Below, piece by piece: positions 26,901 through 39,600 of a stretch of 64,000 nt of DNA. The DNA lies in assembly GCF_037042905.1 (NCBI RefSeq), contig NC_087245.1:21144001-21208000 (forward strand), read 5' to 3'. Each line of letters starts with the position of its first letter. The first letter of the stretch is position 1. The DNA is from Lytechinus pictus. Lineage: Eukaryota. Below the pieces are notes generated by a model. It worked only from the letters and a program-made list of their open reading frames with translations, was not told the origin of the DNA and searched no databases. A program made the translations under genes and the position numbers.

Positions 26901-29900
26901 GTCATTTGTTTTACTTGCTGTAAGTTACTCTTGCATGGTTTAGGGCATATTCATTATATGTATCTCAACTAGAAAGCTTTCCCTTTTTGCAGCCATTTTG
27001 ATATCAGTTTTTGACATGTGAGTAAATTAGTACATCCCTCATTGCTTCGCATTCATAAATTTCATGCTTCAATTGGGTATTTGTCCTGCCTTTCTCTGAT
27101 AAACTGTATAATTTCAATGACATACATGACGTAATGTCTTGTAATATTTATACTTTATTTCCAGCACATACGTGCCAAGCTTGATATACAATACAAGGTC
27201 GAGTTGGGGCAATATGGATTTTAACACTTAACCTTTATGTTTTGCATCCAAACTGTTATGGAGATTCTATTGTCACGCATCCAATTTCAGTTCATTCACC
27301 TTTGGTAGATCACAATACCATAGGATATCTGACATTGGAATGATAGAAAACACATGTTGTATGTCGTTTTGGACCTACACTAGCACTAAATCTTGAGATT
27401 GATTAAAGCAGAACTTGGTCTGTATTAAGACAGTACCTTCTGTGTGGATATTATCCTTCCGCTAATATCAACTCCTCAGTTGGATGAAGCACCAAAATTG
27501 GATCTGTGGTGCTGGAATTATAAGGACCCTGGAAGTTGTCCCAAACAAGCAATTATCACTCAGATGGGTTTAAAGCATGTACATTTGACCTGCACTGCTA
27601 GAATTAGAAAGTAGAATCTTCTGTGTAGTAGTGTTCCTACACCAAATCATCAGATGGTACACAGCACATACACTTGATCTGTGGTGCTAGAATCACAAGC
27701 AGTACCCACGACAGTGACTTAACACTAACACCTAAACCTGAGGTAGATTAAAGCACCTAATAAAGCTAGAGTTATAGTTTACCTTGGAAGTTGCCTTCTT
27801 CTTCTCCAGCTCCGCCTTTAGTTGAGGATCTTCAGTGTCGATGTCAGCAGCCTCGTCTTCGTCACTGACTTCACCATCATCCTCTGCTGTGGTTGAAGGG
27901 GGAAGCCTCTTACCCTGATTAAAACATGTGATGCAATATTCAAATTATTGACTTATAAATTTTCTGATTCCTGTTGGCCTATTTTAATAGTGACCAGAAT
28001 CTTCTAATTTTCAACCTCCTAAAATATATGGACTCCTGATTGCACAGAGTAGTATAAGTCTCTGCCATTGCCAGATGGAGATAGCACACAAGCAACTTAA
28101 AAAACGATTGAATTTGATAGCCCCAAAACTTATCAGCTCACTGTCACTCATATGCAGACTTGGATCAAGTTTAAGGTAGATCATTCAAACAGTGTTTTAT
28201 TTGATATGAAAGTGAGACAGGTGGACAGACGAATGGGACATGGAGGCATAAAGATAAAATCTAATACTATTTCTAGGTCCGCATGTTAAATTTGTGATGC
28301 TTGTGTCTGCGTTTGAAATCTGTATACCTGCTATCCGTTGTGTGTACACAAGCTGCCACTGAGCTCTCCAAAACTCTTTTGCAAAATTCTTTCTACAAGG
28401 TCAATAGATAGCTTCATGTACATCAATAGATCAGTATATCTTCCTAGACAAATCTCACCAGAGATAGTAGAAACAGATATGTTGATGATTTAACAGTGAT
28501 ATTAAAAGAAAATATTATTGGAAAATTGAATATATATATGTGAATCTCAGGTTGTTTGTTGGGTGAAAAAAAAACAGATATTCATGCAAGGCTCTAAAGG
28601 AAGACTATGAGACTGATATATCAATCCATACAATACCTTGATAAGGATTTTTCCTTTAAGTTCCTCTGGTGATGGGAATGCTGCTGCATTGTGAAGGTTG
28701 TTATTGGTGTAAAGCTTGTCTGAAAAAAAATTAAAGGAATATACATGTTAGTCATAAAAATATCAAAGCAATTAAAATGCACTATTTGCCACACAATTTG
28801 CTTCAATTGTCTCTTATTTTGCCACTGTCCATCATCTCACTTTCATCAAGATCTTACTTAGGAAGGTATGAGAATTCAGTTAGTGGATCAATGACGATTG
28901 GCATTGTGACACTTATGTCTTTTGATAAAGGCATTAGTCAATCCATCCTCTGAGAGGCTATAAAACAATAAGTCCTCTGCTTTGCTTACAAGCACTCATG
29001 CTTAATGGGTATTTGCATCCTGATATGTATTATCACCTTCTGCTGGTCAACATGGTAAGGGTTCTCAAAGGACAGTATCACAAGATATCTTCATCACAGG
29101 TAGAGCAAGATCTTCCACATTCTTGTGTCTGACACCTAATAAGTAATAACTGCAACCTCTGCTTTAAAGAGTTATGTAGAAATGACCAAGTATCAACGTA
29201 GAGATCAGTGCCATCACCCATATGCAAGTCCACATTGCAAATGTTCTCTAAAGAGAGTGCAGAACACTTTTTCCGGGCAAGAAGGAAAAAAAAAAGTCCC
29301 TTCTTGTTTCTGACAATTTATAATTGCACCATTTTTCTTCTAAAGTGTTACCCAGAATTACCTTTGAGAATAGATGTACAGATCTGTGCCATCACCTTTT
29401 GTTGGTCCACACTGCAATGGTTCTCAAAGGACAGTATCAAAGGATACCTACAGTATAAAAGATATAAAAGATTTTGGTGTCTTAAAGCCACAGTGCCAAG
29501 ACAATGTGTTTATTCCAAGTCCTATAATACTCAGAGCCCCTGATTCTTTATCCACAATGCAATAATCTGACTAAGTGTACAAAGTCTTGTTATAAATGCC
29601 CACTAGAAGGAAGTTATATTTTTTGCCACTCTACATACAAATATTTTGAATTATATTACAATTAATCTTACAAGATCATTACGGCAACTGGGAATTATTT
29701 TAAACTGAACTAATAATATTTGTTCCATAATACATTGCCCTCATTTAAACATCACTTGTTTGCATAATTCTGAGAGATGGTCTATCTACAGTAAATGTAC
29801 ATGTACTCAACATCATGCATTAACCACAGTGTTCCTCTTTCACTATGATAAAAAATACCATTTATACACTACAGTTTTTATGGGATCAGTTCTTATTAAT

Positions 29901-30604
29901 CCTTATTCTTCCCTGCACTTGAAATTCCTTGTTCAGTCACATATTCCTTTCATTATTTAATTCTTACCCGCAGCCAGTGAATTTTTATATCTTTGGAAAG
30001 AGAGGTCGACCTGCTAGCCTCTCATGATAATTAATATTGGCAGTGAGTGTAATATGAAGTACGTGACTTGAAGACTTACTCTGAGGCAGCAAATGCATAT
30101 TTGTCTACCACTTCAATGATGTCTCTGAACTTGATCTTGGATGTCAGGGTGTGACCGTGGTAGACGATTGGGTCATTATCGGGTCCATCCCAGCAATCCA
30201 CTGAGGGTTAAAAAATATGAACAGAAGAAATATATACTAGTATTACATACAATAGAGATGTAAATGTAAATAGCATTCAGATCCTTAGACTTATTTTATT
30301 ATCTTCCTTTGCAATCTTTTCTCCTCATTTTCATATAAGCTTACAGGATAGATAACGTAACAATGGATGGTGGCAAATTTGCATGTTGTCAAATACATAA
30401 CAACAATTTTATGAATATGAGCAACAACCTTTTTAATATCGATTTTGATGACTGATTATTTTTGCCATAAACATCTGCCATCATCATCAACATCAACATC
30501 ATCATCATCATGACCATCATCATCATGACCATCATCATCATCCTCCTCATCATCGTCATCATCATCATCATCATCATCACCATCATCATCATCATAACCA
30601 TCAA

Positions 30605-30691
<87 letters not shown>

Positions 30692-33600
30692 TATCATCAT
30701 CATCATCATCATCATTCCTTCTCCTCATCGTCGTCGGCGTCATCATCATCATCATCATCATCACCATCATCATCATCTACATCATCTTCATAACAATCAC
30801 CACCATCAAAACATTCATCTTCTTATTCTTCACTACCATTTATATCATTCTCATTAGAATCACAGCTGCAAACATTGTCATTACCATCATCATCACCTTT
30901 AGCACTCCATTGCCACCATTTCCCCATTACCTTCCCTCTTCCTTAAATGTCAGTATCAACATCACTCCCATCATCATACACCAATACATCAATCCTACTT
31001 TGACCCTCAATGACCCCATGACCTCTACCATGTAACTTACATTCTACACATCTGCATCCTCTTTGCAATGCACTAATGTAGGCTTCTGTACTGCTTGGTC
31101 CTCGAAGCTGATCCTCCAACAAATATCTGCCATCAAAATGATCCAGTAAAAACAATCCATAATTGAAAATAGGTAATACATAGTCATGTTGATAAGAATT
31201 TTTTAACTATTAATTTTTCTCGGATTGCAATGCAAATAAATCATTCTATTAAATTACAAAAGGAAAATTATGATGTTACAGACAATTTAGATGTACAGTG
31301 TACATGTATCTCAAATATAAAATATATATCTAAAATATACTTATACTTACAAGTGATGGTGGCATATTTTTTTTTACCTCATGAGACCAAAATGTTGTCT
31401 TTTCCAGATTATTAGATTATATTGCATTATGTTCATATTAAAAAAAAAAATAGCACACTCATTTGACCTTTGAACCAGGTATTAAAGTTGAATTAAGAAG
31501 GGGGTGAGTTTCCATAAATATAGGTTCTACATACAATATATAGTATATATAAGTTGTTCAAACACATAGCATGTCACAATAATCCTCTGCCTTCTCGATA
31601 TTTTGCTTTGAAAGTCTATGAAATTAGCCACCTGTCAGAGCCCGAGAGACGAGTGTACAGAAAAGTCACTCGGAGTGTGACGTCACCGGGGGGAATTTAG
31701 TATAAGAGGTGCCTGAATGTCATACAGAAATGCTATGCAGAGAGAGAAAGATATTTTACAATTTTTTTTCAAAGCAACTCAAATCAAACAAATAGGACTG
31801 ATATGTACAAATCTTTACTTTCCCTGTATAAAAAACAGTATGAATAACCACCATGAACTCTTCAATCATGATGTAAGATAGCAAACAGTGAGTTATTGAA
31901 TGATATTTTCACTATTTCTCATTTATTTTATCACGATGTTCAATCAAGTGAGTAGCTGGAAAGTAATTCCGGCGGCTAGCTCAGCGCGCGCTGAACGCAT
32001 AATACTAGTACACACAACACCCAGGCATTGAGTGTACTGTTATGGTCTGGTATGTCGACTTAGTTCATGGCCGTGCAGCGATCCCCTGGCGTTTTTTTCT
32101 TCTTTTCTTTTGTCTTTGACTCCACTTTTATATCCTCTGGATCATTTCCACTCATAGCTCATTCCACAGAACAATCTTGAACCAAACGTATAGTATTCTT
32201 TCTTGGCCTTCTGAGTTGTTTTCTATATTTAATTACGCTAGGGGTCACCGTCACACATACAAACGCAATTCGGAAGTGAGTTGAAGACAGAAAGATATAT
32301 AGTAATTAGTATACATCTCTATGGTTGAAGACAACAAGAACGGTACGGTAGCTCGACAGCTAGCTGCGCCGGAGCGGGCGGCCGGTCGGCACAAAGCAAT
32401 TCCGCAACCAACTGTGTTTTTTTGCAAGAGCCGCGTCACACGCGGATAAATATGTCATAATAACACGTCTGCTACGTTATCGACTGGTGAGAAGATCTCG
32501 ATCAAATTTCATATTATTCACCTTGAAATTATTCCTTTAGGGTCTATGGTATCATTCTGAGGGAATTCACATATTTGGAATAATAGTACGGCCACAAATA
32601 TTTTAATCATTTCCTCTTTGCAAGTTCTATGGCTCGCAGATACAACTTCAACTGCAGTTATTCCATATGAAGGAGTACGTGCATAGTACACAAAACGGCA
32701 CTGCCTTGTTTACTAAACCGGGACCGAATACCCCCCCGGTGACGTCACACTCAAAGAACACCCGTCTCGGTAGGCATTGCAGGAGCGAACTCAGGGAAAA
32801 TGGGTACGGATAAATCGTTCAAATTCACTATTTTGAAAAAAGAAAATGGGGGGTCGAATCACCTATTAGTGTTTGGGGGGTTGTAAGGTTGCTATTAATG
32901 TAAATATCTCAATATTTGGAATCGTCTTCTTAATTCAACTTTAAGCCCTTAAAGTGGTTTTTGTTTAATAACAATGAACAGGATGTGCTTAATTAGTGTG
33001 CCAACTTAGGGGGCAATCCAATGACTTTTTCTCACTTTATTTATTTTTTACCTCTCTTTGTCCCCTTCTCACAACAATGGGAGTGTATTAAAGTAAGTTT
33101 GCTTCAATGGACTGGCCCACTTTATTTAATAAACTTCATTAAAAGTAACATTCTATTGTAGCAATATGAATTAAGATCATCCAATGGTTGCAAGTTATAC
33201 ATCATTTCATCTCCTTTTTCAGAATGGAATTCACTTCTGGTCATTAATTATTAATTCATTTGTTTATATTTTATTTATTAATTAATAAATTCATTTATTC
33301 ATTTTATTATGTATTAATTCATTCATTTATATATTTAATATTTTAGTCATTCATTTTCATCTAATTTTTTTGTAGTGCCTGGTGGGTGTTTCATAGAACT
33401 GTTTGTATCAAAGTTACAAATGACCTTCGACACAACTGATGTCCCTTCCTTGTCGGTGCTACATTATATAGATCTATGTAGCTGTCTTTGAGCACCTAAG
33501 AAATTGATTCAGCAATGTGAAGTCATGTGTAACCTTGCGAACAGCTTTATAAAACACCCACCTGGCTGGTGTTTCAAGTAAAGGTTAGGTGTGACTTGAA

Positions 33601-36600
33601 TTCAAGCTTTATTGTCAACGCATACTGTACATGATATGTAGCGTGCAATCTTATTGATTAATATGCAGTAGCATGCACTGTCGGATCCAGGGGGGGGGGG
33701 GGCACGGGCCGGCTGTGGTTTTTGGTTAAAACCCTTTTTTTTTTGCTTTGTCAAATTTTTTGGTCAACGAAATACCCTTAATTTGTTGTTAAAACCCCCT
33801 TTTTTGGGGGGGGGGCTTGTTAAATTTTTCCTCAGGAAAATGTGCCCCCCCCCCCTTTCGGAAAATTCTGGATCCACCCCTGATAGCATGCATCCTCTTT
33901 ATGGCACAATTTGAATATAAATGCAGAGATGCCTTTTGTAACACACAAGAACTGGGAATTAATAACAAGTTCAACTCTAGGTCACATGTAAATCTTTGTG
34001 AAACACCCAAGACGTCACAAATGCACTCACGTGTTGTGGGATGAATTGACAAAGTAATGAGCCAGTGGTTGCTTCATATCCTGGTAGACACTTGCATGGA
34101 ATGGATTGAAGACCAGTCCATTAGGGCCAATCATGAACAAGAGGAAACCTGGTCAAACATGAAGTAAATCATTGTTATTCTGTGATTAAAAGGAAGATTA
34201 GTTTAATGAATTCTGCACCATTCAGGTGAAAAATTAATGTAAATACTTAGATTAATACCGACTTGTTTCATGATTTTGGATGAAACTTATTTCCTCTACA
34301 TTCCTTATTCCTTCAAGTGCTAGGTCGTTTTAATGGCTGGAGCATTCAGAGTGTCCAGGGAAATTTTCACTGACAAATTGTTCTTTAAACCTATCAGATA
34401 CATCGGTTTCAGTAGCTTGTAACAATACTCAGTAAAATTCAATAACTAATATGACGGATATAGGACCATTTGCAGTACATTTATGTCAGAAATATTTAGC
34501 GTAATGACAATTATGTGTATTTGTGATAGCATTGGGCAGTGTTGCGTGTGATGAGTTTACCATACAACCAAACTCACCAATTCAAATCGCACTGAGAAGA
34601 CAGAGAGTCATGGACATTAGAGTATTATATTTCAACATACATGTACAGTTGAGGCCAGAAGTTTACATACACCCAGGAAATTTGAAGAAAAGTTGACATT
34701 AGCCAAACATCATAAAATTTACTGTATCTTATAAGATATTTGTGCTATCATGATGAATTTGATATCAAACAAATGAGTATGTCATGCCCCTTCATCATAT
34801 TGCTTTGTCATCAGGGGCTGAAAAATACTTAGGTGTCATTTCCCCCCAAAAAAATCTTCATATTTTAGACAAAATAAGTATAAGAACTTGACAAAATCAT
34901 ATCATATTTGTGCTAGTTACTTCTCAGCACAAATATTTCAGATTACATTTTTTTTGTTAAGTGGTGACATAACATGATAGAAAATGTAATTAAAGTCATA
35001 GATTTGACATTTATACATTTCTATGAAATGATGTTTGAAAATTTGATAACAAACAATAGAATACATTTAGCATGAATATTACTCTTTCTTTTCTGAGAAA
35101 ATTCCACTTGAAATATACTTAAATCCCAACAGCATCCCAATCATGTGAAAAAAATTAATTCGCTTTTTCATTTGATACCAAATTCGTCATGGTAGTATTT
35201 ATATTTCTGAAGATATAGTAAATTTTACGATGTATGGCAAGCAAACAAATTTCTCTTAATTCCATGTGTATGTAAACCTTTGGCCGCAACTGTATGTTTA
35301 AAGCCTTATTTACACCGTCATGGATGCAACATGTATCATCCCAGATGGTCAATCTGGTGTCATCTTTGTTAGTCTGGGATTACCGTGTACATACTGGCCA
35401 CATATCCGTGTCATCCTTGATGTACCAGCGTATCCGGGAGAAAATTTGAACATGTTCATTCAATTTTTCATAACAGGACACTCTAGATGTCAATAAAGTA
35501 TACTCCACACATGCATATTGTAGACATTAGTAGACGACAGTGGGAGCAGAGTGCATGTATTTAAGCTTATTCTCTCCTCAAAGAACCAGGATAATTCACT
35601 GATATTGTGAAAGTATCATTTACACATGAACAATGTGTGAATTTAATGCTGTTGTATAGCATTTAGATTTTCCAAAACCTTGCATAACCAAAGTTAATTT
35701 TGAGGAAAATGCTAGACAAGAAGTGACCAGAATGAGAGAATAATCAAAGATTTATTGCAGCTTGTAAACTAGACACTAATAATTATCACGAAACTATAAC
35801 CTTTCATAAAATACACCATGTATTACATGAACATTGAATTTTGCTGGTGTGAACAGCGTTTCTATCATTTTTATATCATCATTACCATCCATAGTGAGGA
35901 TCTTCTTATCTCTGAGCTCTTGGTTGGGTTCATACTTCTCAATGTTTTTTGCACACCACTCTGGGGTAACCTCTGACCTCTGAGAGAAGAAAAACACATA
36001 GAAAAATATAGGTGAAAAAACTGAAAAAACTGAAAGAAAATATGCATATCTTCATGCACAAGAATGGAGGTTATTGATTCTCGAACACTAGGACCATGAA
36101 ACATAAAAGATAGAATCATTCTTGGAATTGATTGTAAACATAAGACTTTGTGGGCAAACCATGTATAAAAATTTTCAATTAATTGCAGACAATGATTGTT
36201 TCTCATAATGAAACATGCTCCATGGCCGTTACACCTGTAAATAACATGTCAAGCATTGTAGAGACTGAAAACAATACTGGTGTACACTAGATGATTTGAA
36301 GCCCTCAAGTCTGAAGCAAAATAACCGTCAGTACATTTCAGTCACCTTTATAGGCAACCAGGTTGTAAGTTTAGATATATATTGTTCATCCAGTGAGGGT
36401 AGGTCAATACAGTATTGTACTGATGAAGAATAAATATTGATTAGGCGTAATGTAAATGACCAGTGACCAGTAGATGGGGCATGATATGATATTGCATTCT
36501 TTATGCAAACAAGATTTAATATGGGATTTATGACAAATGGTGGGAGAACAACCTCACTGGTAAAATTGGTCTGTGTATGTAGCCAATATAGCTTTAGGTG

Positions 36601-39600
36601 TACATGTTTTATTTTAAAGGAGAATGAAACCCTTGAAACCAGCTGAATCCATATCAAAGAGAAAAATCAAAGAAACATATTGTTGAAAGTTTGAGGAAGA
36701 TTGAATGAATAATAAGAAAGTTATGAGCATTTGAATATTGAGATCACTAATGCCATGTAGATCCTCTCATTGGCAATGCGACCAAGATCTGTGATGTCAC
36801 ACACGTAAAACTCCCTCATTCCTTTAGTACTTATTTCACTTATATTCTCACTTTTATAGAGTCTATCACAAGGTGAGGTGTTCTCTTTATGAGAGGACAA
36901 GTACAGAGGTTTCACAACATTATATCATTGATGAATCGTTTGTCATATGATTAGAATGAGCAAAAAGAGATGTTTTGGGGTATATTTTCAGCGTCCAAAA
37001 GGGGAGAGTTGTTCATCTGTGACATCATAGATCTTGGTCGCATTGCCAATGGGAGGATCTCCATAGCATTATTGATCTCGACATTCAAATGCTCATAACT
37101 CTTCTATTGCTAGTCCTATTTTACTCAAACTTTTGTTGATCTTATTCTTTGATTTTTCTGCTTTCACAAAAGCTAACTTGCTCCAAGAGTTTCATTCTCC
37201 TTTAAGGGCGATATTCAATTTTTCTAGACAAACTGTTCTTTAACATTTACAATAATACCAGTAATTTATTTTCTTATTGCACCATGGTTCCACTGGGGAA
37301 TACCAACACATCTTTAAATGCTATCAAACAGATTACCATGCTAATTTCATGACTTTAACGTTATTTTCATTAAAAAAATCCATACAACAAATGGAAGACA
37401 ATGGATGAATTAAAATTGATGAAGTAAAATTGATGGGTGGGTCTCAATCCCAGCCATAGCACATTTTCCTTCAGCAAGAAATTAAACCATATTGAGCTGA
37501 ACTCAACCCAGGTGAGGTGAGGTGAAATGGTACCAGGTAGGATTCATTCTTTGATCGAAAGTACCTATATGGCGGCTCAGCCACAGCCGGGGTAATAATA
37601 TGATACTAAATATCACGAGCAGTAGAGTGTATACGATAACTGCACGATATAAATGGACCATATTATCATTATTAGGTACATGTAATGTACATGTATATGT
37701 GCGGACAAGGCTGATATATTACTCAGATCTTCAGTTTAGTGACATAATTCAGAGGTTTGAATCGAAAGGTAAAAAAATATAATATAGAAAATGATATTAA
37801 TGGTAAGCTATGGTGCATGCAATGAGAAACATTCCCAACAATGAGGAGAGATGGCATGTGACCTTTAAAAACTAGTTTTAATGCATATTTATTGGGTTAA
37901 GTTCTAATGAAGTGAAATCTTTTATTTGCTGACCCATTTCCATGCTCTTCTCTTCCACCTTTATGCCATTCTGCATGTACAAAAGCCCCGGTCAAATTCA
38001 TGGAGGGAAATGGAATTTAATTGACGACATGTCCAGCAATGAGTGATGAATGAGAGAAAATTTTTAATAGGAGTTCCACATGAATGGAGCGTGTCACTCA
38101 TTACTCATGCTTCAATCTCCTTGTGTTTGGTGGTTGAAAAGAGGTAAACATGTAGATGAGGATTATATATTGGTGGATATATTCTGATATTAGAATGTAC
38201 TAACATTTCAATGAATGCATTTCGTCTGTTAAATGCATGCGGAATTATAAAAACAAAGAGAAAAATCATCATTGAATCATGATTCTAATGAAACATCACT
38301 CAAATTAAGATTTTTATGTTATTTGTGGAACCAGTGTCCTTAAGCAAAGTAGGGATTTTTTTAACATGTCTTGGACTCTAGGACGTGTTTGAGGCGGAGC
38401 TTATGTGACTTTCTGGCCACTTTTGCTATTACCTGCCTACAATGTGCAACAGGTTAAAAACTGCATCTGCAATTATACTGCATGATCCATGCCTGGCAAA
38501 TAATATGCTTTTCACACTGCATTTCCTTAACCCCATACTATCCTTACCCTAGACTATCCTTTTTGTTTCAGACCGTCTTTCTCAACCCTGTACTATTTGC
38601 TTTAATAGCGGGGGTTAATGCCCTAACACTTTTTCTTTTTATTTGTTTGTGTATTGGAAGACACCTCACCTTCTGTTCTTCATGCATGAACTCAGCAAAC
38701 TCCTCTGGTGTCCAATAATCATCATCACCAGAATACCTGTACAACAAGTAGAATCAAGTATATGTATTACTTTTCAAGTAAAAAATATATAGACTACTAA
38801 ATCATAATGATGAATTTAACATTTAACATTGACTCTAAAGGCATTTTCATAAAAGTACTTTCACTATGACTACTAAAGTTAATAAAACTGAAATCAAAGG
38901 GGTCACCCATCTTTAAAATTGCAACTGGGGAATATCAGTCACTATCTATATGGAGTCGCTATGAAGAAGTTACATGTGAGGATGCAGAGTGAAAGGATCC
39001 TCCCAACAAACTTCCACTTCCTTCCCCCCACCCACACAGAAGCAACCAACTACATGTACATTACATGTATCTGACTATAGAAATGCTTTTCAATCAAAAT
39101 TATTTTCAAATGCCCCGTTCACATCTGCCAAAAATCTGGAGTGCCTCCGCAGTTTATGTAGACGAGTCATTGGATCCATCTAAACGGTCTCGGCACAAAG
39201 GACAAAGCACGAATCTGAGGTAATCACGAGGGAAAATACACCATAGACAGTTGAGCACGATCGCGAGATCACACGGTGGGATCCACTGTTGGACAGTAGA
39301 TCTAAACGGTCTTGGCATAAACTCGGCAGAGAAAACGGAAGTCTTTTATCTGAGAGCATGGCCTCGATTGTTGTGCAGCGCACGCTTTCTCCCTTGATTG
39401 ATATTTTGCCATGACAACACAATTTGCGAGTCCAAAGGGAGACGATGTACATTGGGATTACCGCAGATGATCTCAATGGGCCCTCTATTTTTGATAAGGA
39501 ATTTCATGCTATGTTCACCGTACGATTGTCTAGTGTGACACAAGAGAGAGAGAGAGAGAGAGAGGTCTAAACTGGGTACAAGAGTATGCATTTAATTGAG

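Noticed and set aside
27375..27775. Repeat-spacer-like periodicity resembling CRISPR
   Set aside because: Eukaryotic intron, highly degenerate repeats, no cas genes
29439..29447. GTATCCTTT (U12 donor consensus) at the start of the YPLILS exon
   Set aside because: It encodes the conserved Tyr-Pro-Leu, so it is best explained as a coding coincidence; I saw no matching U12 branch site before the next acceptor
30389..30857. Poly-Met/Asp/Ile/His ORFs
   Set aside because: (ATC)n microsatellite inside an intron
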